This document shows positions 1 to 9,414 of a stretch of DNA of 64,000 nt, in pieces. The position numbers and the translations under genes are program-made. The notes beneath the pieces are model-generated. The model did not search any database, had not been told where the DNA came from, and was given only the letters and a program-made list of their open reading frames with translations. The DNA comes from an uncultured archaeon. GTDB taxonomy: Archaea; Aenigmatarchaeota; Aenigmatarchaeia; CG10238-14; SCSR01. The first letter of the stretch is position 1. Every line of letters begins with the position of its first letter. The stretch covers positions 40,768-104,767 of the forward strand of contig CAZEGD010000002.1 in the NCBI GenBank assembly GCA_964512235.1, read 5' to 3'.

Positions 1-2
1 CT

Positions 3-1124
3 TGGGAGTTTGCATACGTCATGGATACTGTAAAGGAAGAGCGTGCACGCGGTCTGACCATAGACATTATGCACAGGCCATTTGAAACTAAGAATTGGTA
101 TTTCACTGTTATTGATGCTCCTGGACACAGAGATTTCGTTAAAAATATGATTACTGGCGCGAGCCAGGCTGATGCTGCTATATTTGTTGTCTCAGCCAAG
201 CAAGGCGAAGGTATACAAGAGCAGACTAAGGAACATGCTTGGCTTTTGAAGGTGCTTGGTGTAAATCAAATTGTTGTTGTACTGAATAAGATGGATACTA
301 CAAAATACGATGAAAAGAGATTTAACGAAGTTAAGGAAGATGTCATCAAATTGCTCAAGATGATAGGCTACAAAGTCGATGAGATTCCATTCATACCGAT
401 ATCTGGTTATGTAGGTGACAATGTAGTTAAGAAATCTGAAAATATGGCATGGTACAAAGGGCCGACCATTATGGAAGTGCTTGACCAGTACATAAAAGAG
501 CCTGAGAAGCCTATAGACAAACCTTTGAGGTTGCCAATCCAGGGTTCCTATTCGATTACTGGAGTCGGTACAGTACCAGTGGGTCGTGTAGAGACTGGTG
601 TGCTCAAGGTGAATGATAAACTTATTTTCGAGCCTTCGGGTACGCAAGGTGAAGTGAAGAGCATTGAAGTCCATCACCAGCAAATTCAAGAAGCTAAGCC
701 AGGTGATAATGTGGGCTTCAACGTACGCGGCATAAGTAAGAATGATGTCAGGAGAGGTGATGTTGCCGGTCATGTGGACAATCCACCTACGGTTGTAAAG
801 GAGTTCACAGCGCAGATAGTCATATTACAGCATCCAACTGTGGTTACAGCAGGCTATACTCCAGTATTCCACTGCCACACATCATCAATAGCATGCACAA
901 TAAAGGAAATAACTGCAAAAATAGATCCAAAGAGTGGACAAGTTACGCAGGAAAAGCCAGATTTTATAAAGACTGGTGATGTTGCACGTGTAGTGGTCGT
1001 GCCAACTAAGCCGATGGTAATAGAGAAGCAGTCAGACTTCCCACAACTTGCAAGATTTGCTATTCGTGACATGGGAATGACAGTAGCGGCTGGCGTTTGC
1101 TTGGACTTAGTGAAAGCAAAATAA
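3..1124 (+). CDS. tuf: translation elongation factor aEF-1alpha (5'-truncated by window edge)
   Basis: [33 protein letters not shown] and FAIRDMG motifs; frame open to window start; followed by S10. Confidence 0.97.
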   Translation, partial: WEFAYVMDTVKEERARGLTIDIMHRPFETKNWYFTVIDAPGHRDFVKNMITGASQADAAIFVVSAKQGEGIQEQTKEHAWLLKVLGVNQIVVVLNKMDTTKYDEKRFNEVKEDVIKLLKMIGYKVDEIPFIPISGYVGDNVVKKSENMAWYKGPTIMEVLDQYIKEPEKPIDKPLRLPIQGSYSITGVGTVPVGRVETGVLKVNDKLIFEPSGTQGEVKSIEVHHQQIQEAKPGDNVGFNVRGISKNDVRRGDVAGHVDNPPTVVKEFTAQIVILQHPTVVTAGYTPVFHCHTSSIACTIKEITAKIDPKSGQVTQEKPDFIKTGDVARVVVVPTKPMVIEKQSDFPQLARFAIRDMGMTVAAGVCLDLVKAK

Positions 1125-1384
1125 AACACGTGGACATATCAGTACTTCATCAAGTGTCATATTTCATATATGATTTAAGGTACTATACTATCTACTACAT
1201 GATACACCACTCTTTGACAAATTAATAATGGTTTGTATCAGAACATTACAATACTGAGCACATGCTCGTGCCATTTCTAAAAGTATTTAAATCAGTATTA
1301 CAATTCAAAATCTAGAAAAATCAGATTAATCAATTAAAATGTAACAACAAAAAGTTTTAAATACTTTAAATTGAGTGATGATGT

Positions 1385-1705
1385 ATGCAAACCGCGAGAA
1401 TAAAACTTTCAGGGCGAAGTCCGAAAGCGCTAAATGATATTAGCGAAGACATAAAAGACATCGCAAAGAAGTTTGGTGTAGATTATAAAGGACCAATCCC
1501 ACTTCCGACAAAAAAATTGAAAGTTGTGACTATGAAAACGCCTTGTGGTGATGGTACTGGGCACGGAAACGCAACATACGATAGATGGGAGATGAGAATC
1601 CATAAGCGATTGATTGACGTACAGGCCGACGATCGTGCATTGAGGCAAATAATGCGTATAGATATACCTGAAGGCATACATGTTAGCATACAACTTAAAG
1701 ATTGA
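1385..1705 (+). CDS. rpsJ: 30S ribosomal protein S10 (uS10)
   Basis: [25 protein letters not shown]; classic tuf-rpsJ order. Confidence 0.97.
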   Translation: MQTARIKLSGRSPKALNDISEDIKDIAKKFGVDYKGPIPLPTKKLKVVTMKTPCGDGTGHGNATYDRWEMRIHKRLIDVQADDRALRQIMRIDIPEGIHVSIQLKD

Positions 1706-1770
1706 GATGTTTTGATAAAGAGTGAAAATAATCCTTTATAAATTTATTCGTCAAATATTTTTGTGATGAT

Positions 1771-2232
1771 ATGTTACCACTTGCGCACATGGGAATCGTA
1801 CTATTCGTCGCGTCTTTACTCTATTTGCCTCTCATAGCTGCAATGGTAGGTGGCATATTACCTGATATAGTAGACAAAACATTATTCATTACTGGCTTGG
1901 CACCTTGCGGTAGGTTCTTTGCGCACAGTATATTCTTCGGTCCGATAGTTGCAGGTATAGCTTTTCTCATTACACGACGGAAGGATTTATCATTGGCTCT
2001 TCTGTTGGGGTGTTACATACATCTCATACTAGACATGAGGTATTTCCTGCCGTGGTTCTATCCTCTTGTACAGTATACTTTCTATTGCCCGCCTATAGAG
2101 ATCAGACCAGATTTGATTGCTGTGGTATTTGAAGGTATAGGAGTTTTGTTGATTCCTATCACATTTGTGCTAAAACCTAAAATTAAACATTTAAAAAAAC
2201 TTTTAATCCGTAAACGGAAAAGAGTAGATTAA
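1771..2232 (+). CDS. membrane-bound metal-dependent hydrolase (YdjM-like)
   Basis: N-terminal H, LPDIVDK, R-x-FAHS and HLILD motifs in hydrophobic helices. Confidence 0.75.
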   Translation: MLPLAHMGIVLFVASLLYLPLIAAMVGGILPDIVDKTLFITGLAPCGRFFAHSIFFGPIVAGIAFLITRRKDLSLALLLGCYIHLILDMRYFLPWFYPLVQYTFYCPPIEIRPDLIAVVFEGIGVLLIPITFVLKPKIKHLKKLLIRKRKRVD

Positions 2233-2871
2233 ATGAAAGATATAAAAAAACTGTTGGTATCCTACGAATCTAAAAGAGATAAGATAAGAAAAAGGTTAAA
2301 GGAGTTCGAAGTGGTGATTGAAAACCATAATGAAGAAATTTTTGCAGAACTCTCTTTCTGCATATGTACGCCGCAATCCAAAGCCAAGTTCTGTGATATT
2401 GCTGTCAAATCGATGCAGAAGAATGGCGCATTATATAGGGGAAATGCCGAAGAACTAAAGCCGTTTCTCAATGCTGTAAGGTTTAGGGATACGAAGGCCG
2501 AGAGAATTGTAGAGGCGAGAGAGCTGTTTACAAAGAATGGTAAATTAAAAATAAAGGATAGGATTTTTTCATTCAATTCACCGGATAAATTGAGAGAGTG
2601 GCTTGTTGAAAATGTCAATGGTTTGGGGATGAAAGAATCTAGCCATTTCATGCGTAATATTGGTTTGGGTACTGGATTTGCCATTTTAGATCGTCATATT
2701 CTGAAGAACTTGAAAGAGTTTGGAGTCATCAACGAAATAAAGCCGCTTACGAAGAAGAGATATATTGAAATCGAAGATTGTATGCAAAAATTTGCTGAAA
2801 AGACTGGGATACCATTGGAAGAACTAGATTTGCTGTTTTGGTCTGAAGAAACTGGCGAAGTTTTTAAGTAA
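2233..2871 (+). CDS. ogg: 8-oxoguanine DNA glycosylase/AP lyase (archaeal Ogg)
   Basis: FAELSFCICTPQ, GLGMKESSHFMRN HhH motif, ILDRH, C-terminal ETGEVFK. Confidence 0.92.
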   Translation: MKDIKKLLVSYESKRDKIRKRLKEFEVVIENHNEEIFAELSFCICTPQSKAKFCDIAVKSMQKNGALYRGNAEELKPFLNAVRFRDTKAERIVEARELFTKNGKLKIKDRIFSFNSPDKLREWLVENVNGLGMKESSHFMRNIGLGTGFAILDRHILKNLKEFGVINEIKPLTKKRYIEIEDCMQKFAEKTGIPLEELDLLFWSEETGEVFK

Positions 2872-2891
2872 ACAACTATAGATAAATAAAT

Positions 2892-2975
2892 ATGCACGGT
2901 GAAAAAAGAAAGAGACGGAGAAAAACAAAGATTCGAAGACGGAGAAGGATGAAGAGAAAATTGAAAAGAAAATAA
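2892..2975 (+). CDS. 27-aa Arg/Lys-rich microprotein (eL41-like or protamine-like)
   Basis: Manual translation MHGEKRKRRRKTKIRRRRRMKRKLKRK; TTTAAGTA box ~21 nt upstream of ATG. Confidence 0.6.
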   Translation: MHGEKRKRRRKTKIRRRRRMKRKLKRK

Positions 2976-3082
2976 CTTGTTTTAATTGTTCAAAAATTAT
3001 TGAATTTTTTTTCGAACATAATTATTTCTAGAAAGTTATGATACATTTATATTTTGTCAAAATAAATTATTTTTAGATAAAA

Positions 3083-3187
3083 ATGGCAGCGAGAAGAAAG
3101 AAATCATCTTCGAGAAGTAAATCGAGAAGCTCATCGAGAAGTAGATCGAGATCGAAAAGCTCATCGAGAAGTAGACGCAGAAGATAA
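3083..3187 (+). CDS. 34-aa Ser/Arg-rich basic microprotein
   Basis: Manual translation MAARRKKSSSRSKSRSSSRSRSRSKSSSRSRRRR; TTTATAT box upstream; clean ATG..TAA in AT-rich spacer. Confidence 0.7.
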   Translation: MAARRKKSSSRSKSRSSSRSRSRSKSSSRSRRRR

Positions 3188-3285
3188 ATGGAAAGAACAT
3201 TGCAAATTCTTCGATTCTAATTAGTATTTTCTACATGCTTTAATAGTTTCTTGCATAAATGCTACAATAAATAATATAGAATATA

Positions 3286-4170
3286 GTGATTGTCGTGGAT
3301 GAAGAAGCTCTAAAGAATTACAAAAAAGCACAGAGTATATCGATTAGTACAATGATTTATGCGAAGACTTTAGTGAAGGAAGGCGCCAAAATTCTGGACG
3401 TTGCGGAAAAAATAGAAGACAAAATAATACAGCTTGGTGGTAAGATTGGATTTCCAGTGAACATATCAATCAATGACATAGCTGCGCACTATACTCCTGA
3501 TATAAATGATGATACAATACTTAGCGTGGGTGATCTTGTAAAGATAGATGTTGGTGTACATGTAGAAGGTTACATATGGGATAAGGCGTCTACTGTTTGC
3601 ATCGGTCAGAAAAAACATCCGCTTATAGAAGCGTCTGAAAAAGCTCTGGATGCGGCAACCAAACTGATAAAGGTTGGGACGAAAGTTTTTGAAATATCTG
3701 AAGTTGTAGAGTCGGTAGTGCAAGAACTTGGCTTCAACCCGATACGCAATCTCTGTGGGCATGGTCTGCAGCGCTATAACACTCACACCAGTCCATCTAT
3801 ACCAAACGGTAGAAATAATATAAAAGATGAAATCCAACCTGACAGCGTAATAGCTATGGAAGTCTTTACGACGGACGGTGGTGGATGGGTTAAAGAATCA
3901 AATCGGGCTCTAATATTCTCGTTTCTGCAAGACAAACCTGTACGGATGTGGGATGCCAGGCAAATATTGCAATTGTCAGTAGAAGAGTTTGAAACGCTTC
4001 CATTTGCAAAGCGGTGGCTGTCCAACAAAAAATTCAAGATGTCCGAGCTGAAGATTGACATGGCGTTGCGGCAATTGTTGGACGTTGGTGCGCTCAGACA
4101 ATATCCAATATTACGCGAAGAGAGTGGTGGTGTAGTAGCACAGACTGAGGATGATGTAATCGTAAAATAA
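3286..4170 (+). CDS. map: methionine aminopeptidase type II
   Basis: FPVNISINDIAAHYTP, KIDVGVHVEG, NLCGHG, AMEVF. Confidence 0.93.
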   Translation: MIVVDEEALKNYKKAQSISISTMIYAKTLVKEGAKILDVAEKIEDKIIQLGGKIGFPVNISINDIAAHYTPDINDDTILSVGDLVKIDVGVHVEGYIWDKASTVCIGQKKHPLIEASEKALDAATKLIKVGTKVFEISEVVESVVQELGFNPIRNLCGHGLQRYNTHTSPSIPNGRNNIKDEIQPDSVIAMEVFTTDGGGWVKESNRALIFSFLQDKPVRMWDARQILQLSVEEFETLPFAKRWLSNKKFKMSELKIDMALRQLLDVGALRQYPILREESGGVVAQTEDDVIVK

Positions 4171-4188
4171 TGTTCATTTTATTTCTCG

Positions 4189-4905
4189 TTAAGAAATTAC
4201 TTCCGAATTTTCCAGCTGTTCGTCATATCCAATCGATTCGTCAGTGACTTTTACGACAGGTTTTAGCATATAGCCGTCAGCCGTACGAGATACTGACTTC
4301 TCGACATCAAAATCTATTGTAACAACAGTCGTCTTGTCTGCATCTATGGAAAACTGGTGCGCCGTCTTTAGTTCATTGCTAGGTACTATCATTGGATAGA
4401 CTTTGCCCGTATATATCCCAAATATAGTGTTCTTTACAGTTACATTCGCCTCAATTATGTACATTCTTATCTGTGTGTATTTTCCAGGTACCATCACATT
4501 TTCGCCTATTATCGCTATGATGTCTGTATATTCTAGCAATTCAATCGTATTCACATCGCTCGATACTAATATCCACTCACCTTCAGTCTCGTTTGCCTCG
4601 CTATCAGGTACGTGATGGGCTGTTATATTGCCTATTTTCATGCTTATGTTAAGCACGACATTGCCTCCAGGGAGATGATACTGCACGTCTTTGACAGCGA
4701 CTAACAATCTGCCTAGCTCTGCTTGTGTAGGCAGGACTGTAGTCGTGGTTGTGGTAGTTGTTGTAGTTGTAGCAGTCGGTTGCTGCTCGGTCGGATAAAA
4801 CAATGCGTACAATGATAGAAGTGAAAGTAGGAGAAGGGCTACTACGCTTACAATAAGTCTACTGTTCCACTTCTTCTTTGTCCTGTATTTGTATTTAAAT
4901 GCCAT
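4189..4905 (-). CDS. membrane-anchored DUF4382-like surface protein with Thr-rich linker
   Basis: N-terminal TM helix, poly-Thr linker, GKYTQIR, VPSNELK, TIDFD, YMLKPV. Confidence 0.7.
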   Translation of the reverse strand: MAFKYKYRTKKKWNSRLIVSVVALLLLSLLSLYALFYPTEQQPTATTTTTTTTTTTVLPTQAELGRLLVAVKDVQYHLPGGNVVLNISMKIGNITAHHVPDSEANETEGEWILVSSDVNTIELLEYTDIIAIIGENVMVPGKYTQIRMYIIEANVTVKNTIFGIYTGKVYPMIVPSNELKTAHQFSIDADKTTVVTIDFDVEKSVSRTADGYMLKPVVKVTDESIGYDEQLENSEVIS

Positions 4906-5004
4906 TCTAAGACCCTTGAAATTAATTTATCTTCCTTAGAAATAAAGCTTAAATTACCGTAAAAAAAGAGTTTAATTAAAGATTGTGAAAAGGAAAGGTG
5001 ATAA

Positions 5005-5190
5005 TTGATGGCTTATTCACATACAAACAGCAGAGGCCAGGCATACTGGCTGCATTCGAGAGAGGGGAAAGGCGGTTCAAAGCTTTTCTTCTTTAGTAAG
5101 AAGTCAGAAGATTCTGTCGATTTGCCCGAGCATCTGGAAGTCTTTGAAAATGAAAGAACGGGTCTGCCAATGGTAAGAAGAAAGAAGTGA
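5005..5190 (+). CDS. small conserved-type hypothetical protein
   Basis: YSHTNSRGQAYWLH...LFFFSK...TGLPMVRRKK; AGGTGA RBS upstream. Confidence 0.7.
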   Translation: MMAYSHTNSRGQAYWLHSREGKGGSKLFFFSKKSEDSVDLPEHLEVFENERTGLPMVRRKK

Positions 5191-5211
5191 AATTAAACGG
5201 ATGTTAAAAAT

Positions 5212-5391
5212 ATGGCTGCAAAGAAAGTTATTTGCGAATATGAGCATAAAGGGAAAATGTTGATAATTCTCGGACTCCTTGCAATAGTGTATGGTGTTCT
5301 GCGGATTTATGGCCTAAGCATACCACAAATTGCAATTGTAGTCGGTGCTTTGCTCATGCTAAAGGGTATTATGCTCAAATATAAAAAATAA
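5212..5391 (+). CDS. 59-aa two-TM membrane protein
   Basis: Manual translation MAAKKVICEYEHKGKMLIILGLLAIVYG...LKYKK; two hydrophobic helices. Confidence 0.6.
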   Translation: MAAKKVICEYEHKGKMLIILGLLAIVYGVLRIYGLSIPQIAIVVGALLMLKGIMLKYKK

Positions 5392-5444
5392 AAACCAGAT
5401 GCAGTACAATTTAAGTCTCGAAAAGAAAAAGTTATTTAGATTGT

Positions 5445-5627
5445 ATGCGCAAGATATGCGACTGGTGCAAGAAACCTGTGAAGAAAGTCGGGAAGCTCTT
5501 CAAAGCAGATTATCTTATGTTGTGTAAAGATTGTAGGAAGAAGTACAAGGCGAAGAAGAGTAAGAGAAAAGGAAAGTTGGTTGGAAGAATAATGTCAATA
5601 AAGAGGATATTTAAATTCAAGCGCTGA
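5445..5627 (+). CDS. small Zn-finger protein with basic tail
   Basis: CDWC...CKDC; TTTAAG box ~28 nt upstream. Confidence 0.65.
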   Translation: MRKICDWCKKPVKKVGKLFKADYLMLCKDCRKKYKAKKSKRKGKLVGRIMSIKRIFKFKR

Positions 5628-5722
5628 CTGTTTTACCCTTTAATCAAGTTCTTAAGTTATATCTAACATATAATAAGTAAAAATGCGCCGACTAGTGCTA
5701 TATGTGGAGTTGAACAAAAAAA

Positions 5723-6001
5723 ATGAGAAAGGATACGGCCGAAAACATCATAAAAATCGTAAACTGCCTTAAACGGGCTGAGGGTGGATGGTTATGGATC
5801 AGGGAGATCGCCAGGCGTTGCGATCTGCACCACAAGACAGTTTCAAGGCTTGTTGGCAACCATCTATCGATGTTTGTTGAGGAGCAGAAGTTTGAGCCGT
5901 TCAATGTCCGGATGCTGAAGCTGAAGCCTGGAACTGATCAAGATAAGATATTCCATTTTTTGTCAATCAAGGAGCGTATAGACAACAAAAATAAGGGTTA
6001 A
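5723..6001 (+). CDS. winged-HTH protein
   Basis: WIREIARRCDLHHKTVSRLV HTH pattern. Confidence 0.7.
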   Translation: MRKDTAENIIKIVNCLKRAEGGWLWIREIARRCDLHHKTVSRLVGNHLSMFVEEQKFEPFNVRMLKLKPGTDQDKIFHFLSIKERIDNKNKG

Positions 6002-6039
6002 GCTTTTATTTTAGTTTACACGTATTATTGTGAGTCGAT

Positions 6040-6468
6040 ATGATTTTGTCTGTTAAACAGCGTAAAATTAAGATGCTAGAACGCCTTCTAAAGGGGGATT
6101 TGGAGAAAATAGCAGAAATAGAGCATATTCCAATTGAAGGAACGAAAGAAGATATTCTAAATAAATTAGCCAGTCGCTTGAATCTTCAAAGGACGAGAGA
6201 TTATGTAAAAAAGCTTGTTCTACGTCAAGTATTCGATGTATTCAGCCATGAATTGGTACCAAAGCATAAGGTGCTCTCAGAAAAGGAGAAAGAAATGCTT
6301 CTAGATCAATACAAGATTACAATAGGACAACTACCGAGGATAGCTATTAGAGACTCTGCTGTGCTCTCCATAGATGCAAAACCAGGCGATATCATAGAAA
6401 TAAGTAGGAAAAGCCCTATAGCAGGTGAAATAAAGTATTATAGGGTAGTTATGAGACCAAAGAAGTAA
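6040..6468 (+). CDS. rpoH: RNA polymerase subunit Rpo5/RpoH with N-terminal extension
   Basis: [32 protein letters not shown]; ~55-65 extra N-terminal residues. Confidence 0.85.
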   Translation: MILSVKQRKIKMLERLLKGDLEKIAEIEHIPIEGTKEDILNKLASRLNLQRTRDYVKKLVLRQVFDVFSHELVPKHKVLSEKEKEMLLDQYKITIGQLPRIAIRDSAVLSIDAKPGDIIEISRKSPIAGEIKYYRVVMRPKK

Positions 6469-6490
6469 TTTGAGCCTTTTTCTATCAAGT

Positions 6491-7234
6491 GATTCAATCG
6501 ATTGAATCGCTTTCCTATGGACTTTTGTACCTTACCCAACCCTTTCCGTCCCGTCGGAATCTCTCTATCTCGTTGGTCCTCTTCATAGTGTTCGATAGAA
6601 GTCCGCGCAACGCAGAGGTAGTAATGCTTAGTCGTGTAGCCATATCCTTGTAGCTCAGTTCGCCTACAGATCTGACGACTGAAACTAGCTCCTTCATCTT
6701 TGTAGAGAGTGGTATTTGGCTTCTCATTGTCTCTATTTCCCTTAGAATATCTGTCTTTATTGGTTCAGGAGCTTTGACTGCAACCCTCTGGAGCCTATCG
6801 AGAACCGATTGAATCGATTTGAATCGGTTCTGAACGCTTACATCATGTCTTTCCACTGCTTTTCTGATATTTTCAAGATTCTCAATCAATTCTGGTGTCT
6901 GATCGTCAAATTCGGTCTTAAACCAATCTTTTGTTACCATCTGTCTTTCTATACGTGAAAGAGAGCGCTCAACCTCCTTGATACTCTTTCCGGTGTAGCC
7001 AGCAGCGAGTCCAAGTTGAAAAGAATCCTTTTCGAGAGCCGTTACTTCTGGTTTCGGGGTGGGAGCTATTCGATTCTTGGTAGTTCCCCGTCCCGTTACA
7101 ATTAACGCCTCCCGTTCAGGAAGTTCTCTATACTTCTGCCTAGCGATTGAATCGATTGAATCGCTTTCAATCGATGATTCAATCGATTGAATCGATTGAA
7201 TCGCTTTTTTCCGTCCCATTAGCCGCTTCAATCG
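6491..7234. repeat. CGATTGAAT/ATTCAATCG repeat and palindrome cluster
   Basis: + copies at 6499, 6806, 7144, 7153, 7184, 7193; 18-bp palindrome GATTCAATCGATTGAATC at 6491 and 7176. Confidence 0.9.
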
Positions 7235-7249
7235 ATTAAAAATACCCAT
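6515..7249 (-). CDS. coiled-coil protein with C-terminal wHTH and N-terminal SIQ/SIE/SID repeats
   Basis: LSYKDMATRLSITTSALRGLLS HTH pattern; helical middle region. Confidence 0.75.
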   Translation of the reverse strand: MGIFNRLKRLMGRKKAIQSIQSIESSIESDSIDSIARQKYRELPEREALIVTGRGTTKNRIAPTPKPEVTALEKDSFQLGLAAGYTGKSIKEVERSLSRIERQMVTKDWFKTEFDDQTPELIENLENIRKAVERHDVSVQNRFKSIQSVLDRLQRVAVKAPEPIKTDILREIETMRSQIPLSTKMKELVSVVRSVGELSYKDMATRLSITTSALRGLLSNTMKRTNEIERFRRDGKGWVRYKSP

Positions 7250-7677
7250 AAAATCTATTAATTTTTTGGTTTTCCAGCTATTTATACGTTCGCCTCACAC
7301 GAACCCTCACGAAATTTCACATAGTCTTAAACTCACAGACTTCTGCGCAATACAATCCTCACAGGCTAATAAGCGGTCTTATGTTCACTTGCCTCTGCAA
7401 GCAGCATATCAGATCCACTGCTCTCTGAACTCTCACTTTCTCTCACTGTTTCCGGACACGCAAAGTGCACCACGCGTCATGGCTACCACTCACCTCATCT
7501 TTTATATACTATAATATATAGTTATATCATATTATGTTATCACAATTATTTTATAACATATATTATACAGTATATCTTGTAGATGGTGTAAACTCTCACT
7601 TATGCACCATATGTGAACCGATTGGGTAGCCCATTTGGGAGAGTCTCTTGTCGAAGAGAGCGTAAAGTATATATTGT

Positions 7678-7706
7678 ATATATGCATAATGCACAATATT
7701 CAACAT
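7678..7706 (+). promoter_or_regulatory. 29-bp operator-like element, inverted copy of 10919-10947
   Basis: ATATATGCATAATGCACAATATTCAACAT; 27/29 identical to reverse complement of 10919-10947. Confidence 0.7.
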
Positions 7707-7851
7707 TAGAGAGTGGAAATAGACATTCTTTTATAAGAGTATGTTAAATTATATTATAGAACATATGCTTTTATACGAAAATCGTAGCAAAGCTGTGTAA
7801 AATGTTGGGGAACTCTCACAAGTGCACAGTCTATACATAGCACTGGCGCAC

Positions 7852-8034
7852 TTACCTCTTTAAAGCTTTTCTTATCTTCTTTAGACATGCTGGACAGACG
7901 ACTAAAAAGCGGTATTTGCGGTAATCTGATCTTAATCTGTAAGATTTGCCCTTTTTGAGGCAGAAATCACATGTCCCACGTGGATGACCTGCTTCAATCC
8001 TTATCTTTTTAACTCCTGAGACTCCTATGGCCAT
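7852..8034 (-). CDS. small Zn-finger protein
   Basis: CDFC...CPAC; CTTAAAC box 22 nt upstream. Confidence 0.6.
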   Translation of the reverse strand: MAIGVSGVKKIRIEAGHPRGTCDFCLKKGKSYRLRSDYRKYRFLVVCPACLKKIRKALKR

Positions 8035-8127
8035 ATTATTATATTGTTTTCCAGGTGTTTAAGTCTCACATCTGCTCAGTCCCTAGGCAGAAGTGGCGCA
8101 CTTCTCTTAGTAAAATGGGTTGAAAAA

Positions 8128-8146
8128 TTGTCTCAAAATGAGACAA
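8128..8146. promoter_or_regulatory. perfect 8-3-8 palindrome, putative operator
   Basis: TTGTCTCA-AAA-TGAGACAA between divergent genes. Confidence 0.55.
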
Positions 8147-8268
8147 AAATTATACAACTTTCCATAAATCAATAGTTTTACTCTTTCTAGAAGTCTTTGG
8201 TCAATGGGCTTGATTATTCGTTCTCTCTCTTATGTATAAAAAGTATAAAATAGAGTATATTTCCTCGT

Positions 8269-8934
8269 ATGGTAGGGTCATTCTCTATATATAGAAAGTA
8301 TAAATATATGGAAAAGAATAGAATAATTAGAAAATATGTAAACTCTCACAAATGCGCCAGTGATTGGATGAAGTTAAGAGATGGGATTGAGCTTGCTGAA
8401 AGGTACGGGGCATCAGAAAAAAGGATTGAATTTGTAAGTAATTTATTCACACAGGCTGATATTAGGTACGAATATTTTTCTGAGAGTGCTATAGTTGCCG
8501 GTTTTATAAATAATAATGCCATAGTTGTGAAGGAAGAGATTGCACCTGACTTGGAAAGTATTAAACTTGATAAAAGTGAGTTGAAATTTGTCAGACAACC
8601 ACAAAAAGACGATAAAATCGCATCAATTAGGTTACTTAAAACTCTAGGATTTGAATTCGCTGGCACAGAAATAAGATACAATGGTGGAACAGTAGATGTT
8701 TTGGGTTGTGGTAAAGGCAAAATTATTGCTGTAGAGTGCGGTCCTTGTAGAATTAACAAGGCTGTAGACTATTTAGAGAAGGAAAATACTGAATTGTGGC
8801 TGATTCCTGTTGACTTCTGGCAGAATAAGAAGTTTTTCATAGTTTCACGTGGTCCAAACTGGAAGGATTTTCATGATTTTCACAAAAAATACCAAATTAA
8901 AGTGCTAAAAACTGGAAAGGTGGTGGGAATATGA
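8269..8934 (+). CDS. hypothetical protein with PD-(D/E)xK-like nuclease-fold C-terminal half (start may be 8308)
   Basis: TEIRY..GTVDVLG..IIAVECG pattern. Confidence 0.55.
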   Translation: MVGSFSIYRKYKYMEKNRIIRKYVNSHKCASDWMKLRDGIELAERYGASEKRIEFVSNLFTQADIRYEYFSESAIVAGFINNNAIVVKEEIAPDLESIKLDKSELKFVRQPQKDDKIASIRLLKTLGFEFAGTEIRYNGGTVDVLGCGKGKIIAVECGPCRINKAVDYLEKENTELWLIPVDFWQNKKFFIVSRGPNWKDFHDFHKKYQIKVLKTGKVVGI

Positions 8935-9278
8935 AAACGACATTGCACTTACTGGTGGGTAATCATCCAAAGACGGGTAGACTGAAACAAAGAATAACCA
9001 AAATCATCAGGATTTTGAAAGAGAATAAGGGTAAAATCGAGGCAAGCGAGTTGGAAAAGAAGTTAGGGATATCACGAACAGACGATCCAAGTCTCTTCTA
9101 CAAGCCGTTAAAGTCCATGAGGGACTGGGATTTGGTACAGTCGCACCGTACAGTGGAGTTTGATAGCAAAGGTAAGAAGCATTTTAAGACTACATACGAG
9201 CTAACACCAAGCTTCTTTTACCGCTACATAGAAAAAACGCTGTTGGAAAAGGTCAGAACGGAGTTAGAAATGATCTAA
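8931..9278 (+). CDS. winged-HTH protein
   Basis: ASELEKKLGIS..FYKPLKSMRDWDLV..TYELT; ATGA overlap with upstream gene. Confidence 0.65.
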   Translation: MKTTLHLLVGNHPKTGRLKQRITKIIRILKENKGKIEASELEKKLGISRTDDPSLFYKPLKSMRDWDLVQSHRTVEFDSKGKKHFKTTYELTPSFFYRYIEKTLLEKVRTELEMI

Positions 9279-9414
9279 TACATCTTACGAAAAGATGAAG
9301 TCCTCTACATGCGTTTTCAGCCATACAAACTATAAAAGGAGTGTAAACTTAAGTTTCTTCTGTATACAAGTTCTTCACTCTCACATCTAGTCAGGATTCG
9401 TACCAATCATTTAA

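Noticed and set aside
4738..4775. GTT/GTA trinucleotide-like repeat
   Set aside because: Simply encodes the Thr linker of a surface protein
7141..7210. CRISPR array
   Set aside because: 9-bp tandem units without unique spacers; no cas genes in the window
7266..7514. 82-aa + strand ORF
   Set aside because: TTG start, no promoter or RBS, composition explained by TCAC repeats
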